This document shows positions 17,816 through 28,368 of a DNA stretch of 48,595 bases, piece by piece. Position 1 is the stretch's first letter; each line of letters begins with the position of its first letter. Position numbers and translations under genes: made by a program. The stretch is from a virus (lineage: Duplodnaviria > Caudoviricetes): IMG/VR virus record IMGVR_UViG_3300025034_000027, positions 1-48,595 of that record; one strand, given 5' to 3'. The notes beneath the pieces were generated by a model. The model was given only the letters and a program-made list of their open reading frames with translations, was not told the origin of the DNA and did no database searches.

Positions 17816-18526
17816 ATGACTGAAGTAAGCGCGAATTACGGCTTTCTTGAGAAGTTCGTAAATGAAAAACAAGTGCTTGTTACAAATGGACTTGGCCGCG
17901 ATATTGAGCATCTTGAAATCGTCGCACTTGACGGTTTTATTGGTGAGTGTCGCGAGTTTGATGGTATTGTTGATGGGGCTGATGGTCTTATTAACATTGC
18001 TGATGAAAGAATCATCGGTACAAGTCAGATTAACACTAGCGATACTTTTGTTGTCGGTGGTGTGGTCTATTTCTTGTCTGGTGGTAGTTCTGCTGCTGGC
18101 GAATTGCGTGCAGGTTACGTAGCAGGTGCTGTTCCTGTTGGTATCTGTTATGCAGAGTCCAGTGGAAGTTATGTTTGGTTTAGGCCATTCAAACAGAATG
18201 TTGGTGGTTCTGAAGCAGTAAAAACTACTGTAGTTGTAATAGATGCGTCTATTGCATCTGGTAGTGAACTTGCTGTTCCCGAGATTCCTGTTGGTGCAAA
18301 GATTCTTGACATGGTTGTTCATGCGCATGCAACTTCTTCTGCTGCAACAATGACTCTTGAACAGGCCAATGGTGATGACATCACAGTAGTTGCTTGTGCA
18401 ACAGACAATGCAGTTGCGAGAGCCACTTCAATCACAGAAGCCAATTCTGTTGTTGGAGCTGATGGTGTTCAGTTACTCGGAAGTGCTGCCGAGGTTCGTG
18501 GTATTGCAACAATTACCTGGAGGTAA
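17816..18526 (+). CDS. head decoration/cement protein
   Basis: Gly/Ala/Val-rich beta protein between scaffold and capsid. Confidence 0.6.
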   Translation: MTEVSANYGFLEKFVNEKQVLVTNGLGRDIEHLEIVALDGFIGECREFDGIVDGADGLINIADERIIGTSQINTSDTFVVGGVVYFLSGGSSAAGELRAGYVAGAVPVGICYAESSGSYVWFRPFKQNVGGSEAVKTTVVVIDASIASGSELAVPEIPVGAKILDMVVHAHATSSAATMTLEQANGDDITVVACATDNAVARATSITEANSVVGADGVQLLGSAAEVRGIATITWR

Positions 18527-18529
18527 AAG

Positions 18530-19756
18530 ATGATTCAGTGTGTTTCTCGTGAGCTACTTGCAACTAGTTTCAAGGAAGCTCAAGCCGAGGGTAAAAGAAT
18601 CCAGGTTGTTAGTCCTGTTAATGTAATGCAGGCTAATACCGGTTTTGGTTCTTCAATACCCAAGAATGGTGAACTGCTTGATGAAAGCACTCTTTCCATT
18701 CTAAATAACCTGCAGAGTGCTTCTCGTGATAGAGATATTGCACTTACTGGTTCAGTGTCGAACGGTTTCGACTATCGCTTTAAAAACCGTGGTTCTGTCA
18801 TGGAGCAGATTAAACGTGGTGCGTTTTCCGGTAGTGCTGGTAATACACTCGTTGATGGCTGGCAGGATTTGTTTGATGCTATTCGTTTTGACCTGACTAT
18901 TCGTAAGCAGGCAAAACCGACTATTCGGCAGTACATCTATAATATGATTTCAATGCCGAATGCGACCAAAGATGTTCGACCTACTGAACTCTTCCCTTAC
19001 GGTATCGTATTTGAAGAGAACAATGGCGAAGGACAGTCTGTAAATCAGGGCGCGAATCTTGGCGGACAGTACGATACTATTCCGATGAAGATTTATGCAG
19101 CTGGTTTCCGCTGGACTCTTTTGGCTGCACTGTTTGACAGAAGCTATGATATTACCAGACTGAATGATGGTGTTGCGCTTGGACATTCTGCTAAACAGGA
19201 TGACTTGGCAATTGCGCCTATTCTTGCTGGTAACTATGGCACTGTTGGAACGGCTAAGTGGACTGCTGCTTCTACTGATGGTGACAATCGGCAGGAGAAA
19301 ATGCTTAATACGCTCATGAATACAGTTGATGGTCTTGGTAAAAGACTTGACCCTGTTACTGGACGTAAAATCAATCCGGCTGGTTCTGTTCTGCTTTGTT
19401 CTGAAAATGACATGCGACACATCGAGCATGTTATTGGTGGTCTACCGAGCGATAGGAATAGACTTTATCCTGGTATATCTGCAATAAGCAGGGTAGTTGG
19501 TTATGATGGTGAAGTAATCAACATGCCTGGTGGTGCAGTAACTTATACCGGTGTAACTGATGGCTATGCTTATTTGATTAAACCCAATAGGTATCTGTCA
19601 ATCATCGAAAAACTCGGCCTTACCGTCGAAGTTGATATGCAGCCTGATGTATCTACTCTTCGTAAAGAAGAAAGAGCATGGTACTTCGTTGAAGCTGCAT
19701 ACAATGCACTTGGTATTACCAATTACATTCAGAAGGTAACCCTTCCTACCTGGTAA
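18530..19756 (+). CDS. major capsid protein
   Basis: 408 aa, position, GGAGG RBS, biased codon use, downstream terminator. Confidence 0.8.
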   Translation: MIQCVSRELLATSFKEAQAEGKRIQVVSPVNVMQANTGFGSSIPKNGELLDESTLSILNNLQSASRDRDIALTGSVSNGFDYRFKNRGSVMEQIKRGAFSGSAGNTLVDGWQDLFDAIRFDLTIRKQAKPTIRQYIYNMISMPNATKDVRPTELFPYGIVFEENNGEGQSVNQGANLGGQYDTIPMKIYAAGFRWTLLAALFDRSYDITRLNDGVALGHSAKQDDLAIAPILAGNYGTVGTAKWTAASTDGDNRQEKMLNTLMNTVDGLGKRLDPVTGRKINPAGSVLLCSENDMRHIEHVIGGLPSDRNRLYPGISAISRVVGYDGEVINMPGGAVTYTGVTDGYAYLIKPNRYLSIIEKLGLTVEVDMQPDVSTLRKEERAWYFVEAAYNALGITNYIQKVTLPTW

Positions 19757-19772
19757 TCCTCTCTTTATTCTT

Positions 19773-19812
19773 GGTGTGAGTCTGTTGTAGTGTGCAGGCT
19801 CACACCCTTTTA
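19773..19812 (+). terminator. rho-independent terminator after capsid gene
   Basis: GGTGTGAG..CTCACACC stem plus T-run. Confidence 0.75.
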
Positions 19813-19856
19813 TAGATGTACTAAAATAGTTTAGTACATGCATAAAGGAGCATTTA

Positions 19857-20207
19857 ATGACTTCGTTAGAAAATTTAAAGCGTTTCATGAAACCTTTTTA
19901 TCAAGCTGTAACTGATGAAACTCTTTTAAATGAATATATTGTAACTTATGTTTATCCAGAATGTGCTGCTGCAGCTCTTTGGGAAGAACTCGCAACAACA
20001 GCAAGTGTACAAACAACTGGTATAAATGAAATAGATACAGGTGGAGAAAAGTTTAAATATTTTTCACCAAAGACAATGCAAGAAGTATGTTTGAAAGCCG
20101 TTGTTTTATACAGTAATCGTTGTGATGCTTTAAAAGGTGGTGGTTCTTGTGCAATAAGAATCAAACAATCAGACGTAGCGGGAGTACCAGGTAAGCCTTA
20201 TGCTTGA
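19857..20207 (+). CDS. head-tail adaptor
   Basis: Size and position after capsid gene. Confidence 0.55.
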   Translation: MTSLENLKRFMKPFYQAVTDETLLNEYIVTYVYPECAAAALWEELATTASVQTTGINEIDTGGEKFKYFSPKTMQEVCLKAVVLYSNRCDALKGGGSCAIRIKQSDVAGVPGKPYA

Positions 20208-20598
20208 TGTATTAAGACAGACTATCAGTGATAGAATAGCAGTAAATCCAGTTACTATCATTGCTGATATTAGACCAAGAATAACAAATGCACAGGGCAA
20301 GTCTATAGAAGATATTACAGTAGCAGCTGTGCCTACTGAACTTGGTGTTGGTACTGTTTCAAGGCGGCGTTTACCAGAACCTATTGTTACTAATGCTAAA
20401 ACTCCATATGACTATCAAGATGTTTATTATTTAATTGTTGAATATGATACAACTTGGTTAAGAAGAAATTTAGTCTTTAGTCATAATGGTGAAACTTTTA
20501 GAACCAAACTGCCAGAAAAGAAATATCTATTTGGTGGTGTAGCATATATAGTTTGTGGTTTAGAACAAATAACTGCAAGAGATATAGGAGACTATTGA
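20200..20598 (+). CDS. head closure protein
   Basis: Size and position. Confidence 0.5.
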   Translation: MLDVLRQTISDRIAVNPVTIIADIRPRITNAQGKSIEDITVAAVPTELGVGTVSRRRLPEPIVTNAKTPYDYQDVYYLIVEYDTTWLRRNLVFSHNGETFRTKLPEKKYLFGGVAYIVCGLEQITARDIGDY

Positions 20599-20599
20599 T

Positions 20600-20782
20600 A
20601 TGCTTGAAATGATTGATGATACAGAAGATAATGAAAAAGTAAGTATAACTGATACAGAAATAACATTTATTTTACCTACTAATTTTAAGCAAGTAAATAA
20701 TATTATTACTGTAAATAAAGATGATGCTTTTACAATAGCTTTAAATATTTTATTACAGGTTAAATTAAGTGGCCAAGATTAG
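20600..20782 (+). CDS. hypothetical protein
   Basis: AGGAG RBS, fills gap. Confidence 0.5.
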   Translation: MLEMIDDTEDNEKVSITDTEITFILPTNFKQVNNIITVNKDDAFTIALNILLQVKLSGQD

Positions 20783-21152
20783 ATTTATTAATATGTCAGT
20801 AGTAAATGCAAGAATAAAACTTGCATTTGATGAGTATGAAAGAGAAGCTTATAATATATTTAAATATTATGCTATAGAAGCAATGATATATTTTAATTCT
20901 GTACAAACAAGTGCTGGTGCAGAACAAAAAGGTGCTTTTTGGACAAATCATACATTTAAAGCTGCAACAGGGTTTTTTGCAAAAGCATTTCAAGTACCTG
21001 GTAATATGGGACTTACATTTGCAAATAGTACATCCTATGCAGTAGACCTTGAAGAAGGTTATGAAGGTAGATTTGCATCTTTTCCAACTTTGTTAGCAAG
21101 ATTCGAGCCACTTATAATGGCAGATTTGAGAACACTTTATGAGGGACGGTAA
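20769..21152 (+). CDS. neck/tail completion protein (HK97 gp10-like)
   Basis: FWTNHTFKA..YAVDLEEGYEGRFA pattern and position. Confidence 0.6.
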   Translation: MAKIRFINMSVVNARIKLAFDEYEREAYNIFKYYAIEAMIYFNSVQTSAGAEQKGAFWTNHTFKAATGFFAKAFQVPGNMGLTFANSTSYAVDLEEGYEGRFASFPTLLARFEPLIMADLRTLYEGR

Positions 21153-21155
21153 ATA

Positions 21156-21563
21156 ATGCGCTTAGACACAATAAGAACAATACTATTGACCGGAACTGTA
21201 AAGAATGTTATAATACGTGGTAATATGGACACATCGCCAGTTGCACCGTATGTTTTGCTATATGATGATTATTCTATAAACAGTTATTTTACAGTAGACA
21301 ATACAATAGACCCATTTATTATTGAAGTACATTATCCACCAGGATATTCAAATGCTGTTACTACATACATAGAAAAAGAAGTAGTAGACTTATTACACAG
21401 AAAAGTATTAACTGATGCTGATGGTGATTCTTTTCAAACATTTGCAACACCAACAATTACACCTTTGACAGAACCTAATGATGATAGAGCAATATCTGCT
21501 GGTAATGATGATGGTACAATAAGTAGAGGACGCAGATTCTTTACACCAAGACGTGGTTTATGA
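21156..21563 (+). CDS. tail terminator protein
   Basis: Position before tail tube gene; PVAPYVLL motif. Confidence 0.55.
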   Translation: MRLDTIRTILLTGTVKNVIIRGNMDTSPVAPYVLLYDDYSINSYFTVDNTIDPFIIEVHYPPGYSNAVTTYIEKEVVDLLHRKVLTDADGDSFQTFATPTITPLTEPNDDRAISAGNDDGTISRGRRFFTPRRGL

Positions 21564-21635
21564 TTTCCTTAGTTTAAGGAAATATACTAATAGCTTGTGG
21601 TTCGCTTTAAGCTGACCACGAAAGTGGAGGACATA

Positions 21636-22595
21636 ATGAGTTACGCGTTTGATGGAAAAACGTCGTTTTCTATTGAAGGGTCACGCTGGCGAAGATTGAA
21701 TCCTGATGGTTCATATCCGGCAGTAGATAATCAATTGGGCTTTGTTGGAACAGTTGATATCAGTGCTCTTATTGCGACGTCTAAGTTGGCATATCGATTA
21801 GGTGCAACAGGAGCTTTTACAGAGTTGACAATCGATTTGACAGGTGCAGCTGTAGACGATACAGCAGCAACAGTTGCTGAAATTGTAACAGATTTAAATC
21901 TGGATGCAGGTTTCAGTGCAATCTTTACAGCATCAGCAGATGCAGCAACAGGAAGATTGAAAATTGTTCAAACCGCAGATACAGCAACATACCTTGAGCT
22001 TAAAGGCGAAATTGCTGTAACATTGATGTTCGGTGCTTATAATGGTGCCGTAACTGGCTTTGGCACACACTTTGTTGATTGTTTCAACAATGCTGGTGCA
22101 CTTGGTTTGCCGAAAGAAATTAAAGACTTTGAAGAAATTGAAGTTGAAGTTGGTGATGGTAGTACATTATCAATGGTTGCTTCAGCTTTACTTAAAGGTC
22201 TTAATCCTTCTTTGGCATTGGCTGATGAACTCTGGGAGCTTAAACAGCTTATTCAGGGAGGCTCAAACGACCAAACTGTTACTGGTGTATCGAATAGATA
22301 TAGTCCGCCTACAACGAGTCAGACTTATCTACCAGGTTTTGCTGGTGAAGCTTATGAAGCCAAATACGGAAAAGGTTCAAACCTTAGAAGTAATATGGTT
22401 GGTTACAAGCGAATTAACTTTAATAACTGTAACGGCCTTGAAGGAGACTTAAGCAGCGATGTTAAAGCATGGGCTACATATCAGTTTAATATTCGTACTC
22501 GCGAATATACACTTGCTGGTGTGAAGTATCCTGGTTATACTGAAGACTTTTTAAGTCTTTCTGAATTTGCCAGTCTTGGCATAACATTCGGTTAA
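21636..22595 (+). CDS. major tail tube protein
   Basis: ATG 21636 with GGAGG RBS; position; downstream terminator. Confidence 0.7.
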   Translation: MSYAFDGKTSFSIEGSRWRRLNPDGSYPAVDNQLGFVGTVDISALIATSKLAYRLGATGAFTELTIDLTGAAVDDTAATVAEIVTDLNLDAGFSAIFTASADAATGRLKIVQTADTATYLELKGEIAVTLMFGAYNGAVTGFGTHFVDCFNNAGALGLPKEIKDFEEIEVEVGDGSTLSMVASALLKGLNPSLALADELWELKQLIQGGSNDQTVTGVSNRYSPPTTSQTYLPGFAGEAYEAKYGKGSNLRSNMVGYKRINFNNCNGLEGDLSSDVKAWATYQFNIRTREYTLAGVKYPGYTEDFLSLSEFASLGITFG

Positions 22596-22603
22596 GGAGT
22601 AAT

Positions 22604-22632
22604 GAGTGAGGGCTTCGGCTCTCACTCTTAAT
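22604..22632 (+). terminator. terminator with C(UUCG)G tetraloop
   Basis: GAGTGAGGGC-TTCG-GCTCTCACTC. Confidence 0.75.
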
Positions 22633-22636
22633 TAAA

Positions 22637-23356
22637 ATGGAACAAACACACACTACAGAAGAAGTTTTAAAGATTATTGGTCCTGGTACAGAAAAAGTAT
22701 TGATAGCACCATGGAATGGTGTACCAATACCTGTAACTATAGTTATGCTTAGCTCAGTAGCATTGCAGTCTTGTGGTGATTTTACTACTGTTTATACAGA
22801 GAATCCAAATGCTGAAAAGCCTATATCAAAAGTACCTGATATAGAAGCAATGCTAAAGATAAAGAATATACATGAAAATATTCTTCGTCTTTGTTTAGTA
22901 CGACCTACGTTTAAAGAGTTTCATGATGAATTACTTGGTAAAGATTTTGTTAGTCAACGCCAGAGTGAATTAGCAGAAATACGTAAGTTAATAGACGAAT
23001 TAGATGATGGTGATAAACGACAGCAATATATTGAACAAGCAGATAGACTTGAAATAATGCTTAGTTTTTTATTACCAGAAGATTTTATGACATTTGTTGT
23101 AGAGTATATTATGCAGCGAGATAAAAGCGATATTGATAAGCTTACACATGATATGCTTTTACGTGCTGGTTTTCTTGGCGAAAAATATAATAAAAGACCA
23201 AGTGATTATCTTGAAGGTGCATTTACAGAGAAGCAAAGAATTGATATTGATGTTGCAGCATTAAATTATGTTGCAGATTATCGAAAGATGCAAGGCATGG
23301 AAAAAGAAAATTCTGGCATGCGTTGGATAAGAGGTGGTAAAAAGCTAAATGGCTAA
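22637..23356 (+). CDS. tail assembly chaperone
   Basis: Between tail tube and tape measure genes. Confidence 0.65.
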   Translation: MEQTHTTEEVLKIIGPGTEKVLIAPWNGVPIPVTIVMLSSVALQSCGDFTTVYTENPNAEKPISKVPDIEAMLKIKNIHENILRLCLVRPTFKEFHDELLGKDFVSQRQSELAEIRKLIDELDDGDKRQQYIEQADRLEIMLSFLLPEDFMTFVVEYIMQRDKSDIDKLTHDMLLRAGFLGEKYNKRPSDYLEGAFTEKQRIDIDVAALNYVADYRKMQGMEKENSGMRWIRGGKKLNG

Positions 23357-26300
23357 TAAAACTGGCAAGATAGAAGCTCGCTTAGAATTAGTATTAGATG
23401 CATTAAATACGCAGATTAAGACAGCTCAGGCACAGTTGAGTGCATTTGCTTCACATGTTGAAAGACAGTCTGGTGATGCAGCTAAAAAAACGCAAGCAGC
23501 ATATACTACTGCATTTGCTGCTATTGCACTTATATCTTATAAAGCAGCTAAAGCCGTTATTGCATCTTTTAAGGATACAATAAAAGTATTTGCTAATTTT
23601 GAGCAATCTCTTGCCAATACACAGTCAGTAGCAAGGGCCACTGAAGAAGATTTTCTTAAATTAGAAGAAGCAGCACGTAGAATTGGTGCTACAACACGCT
23701 CTACTGCATCTGAAGCTGCTAATGCACTTTACTATTTAGCATCTGCTGGTTTTACTGCTGCAGAAGCTATTGCTGCATTAGATGGTGTAAATGCTCTTGC
23801 AATAGCTACTGGCTCGGACCTTGCAAAAACTTCAGAAACTATTGCTGTTGTTATTAGACAATTTGGTTTAGAAACTAGTCAAGCCACAAATATTGCTAAC
23901 GTTTTTACTTCTGCAATAACAGGTTCGTTAGCAACATTAGATAAATTAACAAATGCCTTTGAATATGTAGGTCCAATAGCTGCTGGTCTTGGTAGAACAG
24001 TAGAGGAAACGACAGGTACATTACAAGTTCTTTTCAATAAAGGTTTTAGCGGTGAAAAAGCTGGTAGAGCATTAAGGCGTGTATTTGTTGACTTAGCAGA
24101 TTCAACAAGTATTGTAAATAGACGTTTAGCTAAGCTTGGTATTTCATTCGATGATGTCAATCCAACTGTAAATAGTATGGCAGATATTGTCGATGTACTT
24201 AATGCTAGTTACGTCGATGCAACTAATGTTGCAGCAATATTCGGTAAAATATCTGGTGCACAAATGGCATCATTATTAGCTGCTGGCGGCGATGCGATTA
24301 GGGAAATGGAAGCATCAGTAACTGGCACTAATCAAGCATTTGAAGCAATGGCTATTCAGATGGACACACTTCAAGGTTCATTCGATAAGTTTAAAAATGC
24401 AAATGAAGCATTAAAAATAACACTTGGTAAAGAATTATCACCTGCTTTAAGAACAGCAACAGATATTGCAACAAGCTTTCTATTAGCTATAAATGATATG
24501 CCACCAAAATTACTTGCTATAGTTTCTGGTGTAGCAGGTATTGCTGTTGCATCTACAGCTTTAGGCTTTGCATTAACTAAAACAGCTGGTATATTAGGCT
24601 TAACCTTTTTACCAGGTTTAGGTCCACTTATAGCTGGTATTGCTGGAGTAACTACCGCAATAGGTTTATTAGTTGCAGGCACTGCAGCATTATCAAATCT
24701 TGGTATTAAGAAAGCTACAGAAAGCTTTAGTGATATGACTAATGAAATGCAGTTAACTGGTGAAGAAGCTAAAACAATGATTCGTAGTTTTAGTGATGTA
24801 TCATTTACATTAAATAATTTTGGTAAAAATGTACTGCAAGGTGCTTTTGGGACACCTCAAAGACGCAGTGTTTCAGATTTAAGTGCTTTAATGCATAGAC
24901 TTGCTGATGAATATGATATAAGTATTGAAAAAGTAATAGAACTAGCTGAACGTAGTACTGACTTAACTGCTAATTATGGCGCTGAAATAGAAGCTATTAA
25001 ACTAGCTGCTGCTGAACAGCGTGCACGTGATGAAATAGCTGGTGAATCTTCTAAAAAGCGTTATGATGCACAACAAGAGTATATTGATGCACTTAAACAA
25101 GAAAAGCTTTTAAAAGAGTTTTTAGCAAAATTAGACGACGATAGAAAAAGAGCAGTTGATGAGCAAGCAAGTATATTAAAAACAGCATTTAGTCGTTCAG
25201 TAGAATTAGCTAAATTGCTTGGTGATGAATATGACAGAAATGCAGACTTAAGTGATGTATATACAAGTGCAATTAAAGCTCTTGTTGAATCAGGTTTAAC
25301 TGCAGAAAGTGATGGTGTACAGTCAATAATAAACTTATACAAAGAGCTACAAGCAGAGTATGGTAATGTCATAAATAAAAATAGTGATTATGCTAAGCGC
25401 CTTAAAATACAAAATGAATTGCGAGCTACACTAGCTGTAATTTCAGAAAAAGAATTAGCTGCAGCAAGAAACTTAATTGAATATGATGCAGCAGCAGAAC
25501 GTGCATCTGCAACACAGAAAGCATTGAACGATTTATTTGATGCTGGTTTTACGCTTAAAGGTTCTGGTATAACAGCATTCTTAGAAGAATTCGGAAAGTA
25601 CTTACAAGGTCTTGAAGAAGCTATAGATAGTACAAAAATATTTGAAGATGAATTTTTAGAAGCAGAGCAAGCATGGTTCAAAGGTCGAGAAGCTGTTCGT
25701 GAATATACTGAAAAGCTTGAACTGCTAAATGCAACGGCAATAAAAGTAGCAGAGAGTGAGAGAGATAAAGCTCTTGCTGCAGTTAAAGGTAATAAAGCAG
25801 CAGAGGATGCTATAAATGATTACTTCGATGCTTACATTAAAGGTTTAAAAGATGTTGCAAAAGCAGAGAAACTAGCAGAGTTTTTTAGCAAGCTAGAAAC
25901 TGGTGTTAATGTTGCAATGGACTTATTGAGTGCAATAGATGACTTTCATTCAGCTACAATAGACCGAATGATTGCTGATGAAGAACGCTATTATGATGCA
26001 CTTCAAAAGTTACGTGAAGATGATTTAGTAAAATTATTTGAAGATATAGATGCAAGAGAACAAGCAGAATTAGCAGCTAAAGGTTTACTTGAAGAAACAG
26101 AACGTGAACGCTTAGAACGTGAAATTGCAGAAGCAATTATAGCAGGTGATACAGTTACAGCTGCAGAATTGCAAAAAGAAATTGATAGATTAGACATTAA
26201 AGAAAAGTATGACGCAGAACGTTTACAAGCACAAGAAGATTATGACAAAGAGCAATTAAGATTAGAAGATGAAAAAGCAAGAAAGATTGCTGACCTTGAA

Positions 26301-26708
26301 TATAAAGCTGCACTTCAAACTTGGCAATTAGCTGTATTATCAGCTACAGCAAACGTAGCAGTTGCACTTGCAAAAGCTATTTCAACATTAAATCCTTTTG
26401 TAATAGCAACAACAAGTATAGCAGGAGCCGCGGCAATCGGTAGTGCTATAGCTGCAAAGCCTAGTGCGCCTGCTTTTAAAGATGGTGGAATAATTCCTGG
26501 GTCAAGTACTAAAGGTGACCAGAATCTTTTCTATGGCGATGCAGGTGAATTGATAATGAATAAAGCACAACAGCAAAATATTGCTGAACAGTTAACAGGT
26601 AAAGGACAATCAATTGTTGTGCATTCATACTTAATTGTTGATGGTGAACAAATGGCAAAGAACTCTGCAAAGTACTATAATAATGGTAAGGTGGTTGTTA
26701 ACTTATGA
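23349..26708 (+). CDS. tape measure protein (TP901-family core)
   Basis: 1119 aa Ala-rich helical; FEQSLANTQSV..TASEAANALYYLASAGF..FEYVGPIA; hydrophobic middle segment. Confidence 0.92.
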   Translation: MANKTGKIEARLELVLDALNTQIKTAQAQLSAFASHVERQSGDAAKKTQAAYTTAFAAIALISYKAAKAVIASFKDTIKVFANFEQSLANTQSVARATEEDFLKLEEAARRIGATTRSTASEAANALYYLASAGFTAAEAIAALDGVNALAIATGSDLAKTSETIAVVIRQFGLETSQATNIANVFTSAITGSLATLDKLTNAFEYVGPIAAGLGRTVEETTGTLQVLFNKGFSGEKAGRALRRVFVDLADSTSIVNRRLAKLGISFDDVNPTVNSMADIVDVLNASYVDATNVAAIFGKISGAQMASLLAAGGDAIREMEASVTGTNQAFEAMAIQMDTLQGSFDKFKNANEALKITLGKELSPALRTATDIATSFLLAINDMPPKLLAIVSGVAGIAVASTALGFALTKTAGILGLTFLPGLGPLIAGIAGVTTAIGLLVAGTAALSNLGIKKATESFSDMTNEMQLTGEEAKTMIRSFSDVSFTLNNFGKNVLQGAFGTPQRRSVSDLSALMHRLADEYDISIEKVIELAERSTDLTANYGAEIEAIKLAAAEQRARDEIAGESSKKRYDAQQEYIDALKQEKLLKEFLAKLDDDRKRAVDEQASILKTAFSRSVELAKLLGDEYDRNADLSDVYTSAIKALVESGLTAESDGVQSIINLYKELQAEYGNVINKNSDYAKRLKIQNELRATLAVISEKELAAARNLIEYDAAAERASATQKALNDLFDAGFTLKGSGITAFLEEFGKYLQGLEEAIDSTKIFEDEFLEAEQAWFKGREAVREYTEKLELLNATAIKVAESERDKALAAVKGNKAAEDAINDYFDAYIKGLKDVAKAEKLAEFFSKLETGVNVAMDLLSAIDDFHSATIDRMIADEERYYDALQKLREDDLVKLFEDIDAREQAELAAKGLLEETERERLEREIAEAIIAGDTVTAAELQKEIDRLDIKEKYDAERLQAQEDYDKEQLRLEDEKARKIADLEYKAALQTWQLAVLSATANVAVALAKAISTLNPFVIATTSIAGAAAIGSAIAAKPSAPAFKDGGIIPGSSTKGDQNLFYGDAGELIMNKAQQQNIAEQLTGKGQSIVVHSYLIVDGEQMAKNSAKYYNNGKVVVNL

Positions 26709-27427
26709 GAATACAAACACGCAATGAATTAGCTTATGCTGACTCATTAGTAATGACAAATCCAACAATTGCGTATCCAGTAGAAAATATATATGCTTTG
26801 TTTAAAGAAACAATAGCACAAGCATCAGCTACTTCTACAACTATAACAGCATCTTGGAATACATCAATTATTGTTGATAGCTTTTTTATAGGCTATCATA
26901 ATATTTCAAGTATTACTATTAGACTTTATGATTCATTATCAACACTATTACATACTGAAATATTAAACAATATAAATCAAGATGACTGTGTTTATTTAAA
27001 TGCAGCAGTAAGTAATGTTGCATCTTGTATTATAGACTTAGTAGGTGCAGAAAATATTTTTCTTGGTTCATTATCTATGGGTCAATACTATGAGGTATAT
27101 AATGTTGTTGCTGGTTATGAGGTTGAATATTTAGATACCAGTAATTTTGAACAATCAACAGGTGGACAAACGGCACAGTTTTCTGGTACAATATTACGCT
27201 CATTTGAATTAGTATTAGCAAAATTAACAGCGACTCAAAGAGCATTGTTTATTGCTGCATACAAGAATGTGTTAAAGGGAAAGTCTTTTTGGCTTGACCA
27301 ATATCCTGATATAAGTAATGAGATTGAACCACCATGGTATGGTTTCTTTTCGCAAAATATTATTGAGAATAGATCAAATAGTAATGGTTTCTATAATATA
27401 ACTACAGCATTCACGGAGAGTAAATAA
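26705..27427 (+). CDS. distal tail protein
   Basis: Position after tape measure, size. Confidence 0.55.
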   Translation: MRIQTRNELAYADSLVMTNPTIAYPVENIYALFKETIAQASATSTTITASWNTSIIVDSFFIGYHNISSITIRLYDSLSTLLHTEILNNINQDDCVYLNAAVSNVASCIIDLVGAENIFLGSLSMGQYYEVYNVVAGYEVEYLDTSNFEQSTGGQTAQFSGTILRSFELVLAKLTATQRALFIAAYKNVLKGKSFWLDQYPDISNEIEPPWYGFFSQNIIENRSNSNGFYNITTAFTESK

Positions 27428-28359
27428 TGGCTATTGCAAGAGTAGATTTTCCAACTGTTCCAAATCCTGTTGCAGGTGACTGGGCACTACTTACTGAATT
27501 AGTTAGTAAGTCTTTTAAGAATATAAATAATCCATTACAAGCAATAAGTGGTAATATACCACAAGGAAGTTTATTTCAAGTAGGTGATGTTATTTATTAT
27601 GCAAATGCAGATTATGCAATAACAGGAACGTCAAGTAATTATGTTAAGCTTACACCTACTGTTAGTGGTGATGAATTAAATGCTGCATATGTTAGTTCTT
27701 TAACAGGTGTTAGCTGGAATAAAATATATAATGGTTACTATGATGTCAGTGGTAATTTGTATGTATTTGATGAAGCTAAAGCAATATATGCCAATATTTT
27801 AGCAGTTTCGTATACCCGTTTATTGGCTGACCCAATATTTAATGCTGTTACAGCTAAAACATTAGCATTAAGTAATAATGCCAATATTGGTGGTACACTT
27901 GGAGTTACAGGTGCTGCCAATATTGGTGGTACACTTGGAGTTACAGGTGCTGCCACTATTGGTGGTACACTTGGAGTTACAGGTGCTGCCACTATTGGTG
28001 GAGCACTTGCTTGTCCAACTATTAACACTGGTTTAGGCGCTTTCGAAATTGGCCAGAATTTAAGAACAACAGATACTGTAGAATTTGCAAATATAACAAA
28101 AGCAAGTAATCCAGTAGCCTCTGTTTATACAGACGATTTTGTCAATTATACAGTTTACCCAATAGGTAGTGTTGTTTTGGTAAATACAGGTGGAACATAT
28201 CCAGCAAGGAATTCAGCATATGCAATTCATTTATATGGCACTTCTGGTGGACAATATACACTTTCAACAGACCCTAATGCTGGTGCACAATTATCTGGTA
28301 TATGGCGTGCACGTGGTTACACTGGTGATTATGCCCATATGTTTCAAAGAACAGCATAA
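27427..28359 (+). CDS. tail fibre/baseplate protein with 12-aa beta repeats
   Basis: A(N/T)IGGTLGVTGA repeats; C-terminal LSGIWRARG fibre-tip-like motif. Confidence 0.65.
   Translation: MAIARVDFPTVPNPVAGDWALLTELVSKSFKNINNPLQAISGNIPQGSLFQVGDVIYYANADYAITGTSSNYVKLTPTVSGDELNAAYVSSLTGVSWNKIYNGYYDVSGNLYVFDEAKAIYANILAVSYTRLLADPIFNAVTAKTLALSNNANIGGTLGVTGAANIGGTLGVTGAATIGGTLGVTGAATIGGALACPTINTGLGAFEIGQNLRTTDTVEFANITKASNPVASVYTDDFVNYTVYPIGSVVLVNTGGTYPARNSAYAIHLYGTSGGQYTLSTDPNAGAQLSGIWRARGYTGDYAHMFQRTA
27880..28008 (+). repeat. 36-bp coding tandem repeat, ~3.6 copies
   Basis: GCCA(A/C)TATTGGTGGTACACTTGGAGTTACAGGTGCT repeated with no spacers. Confidence 0.95.
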
Positions 28360-28368
28360 GGACAAAGT

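Noticed and set aside
27880-28008. CRISPR array (36-bp repeats)
   Set aside because: Repeats are contiguous with no spacers and encode an in-frame 12-aa motif
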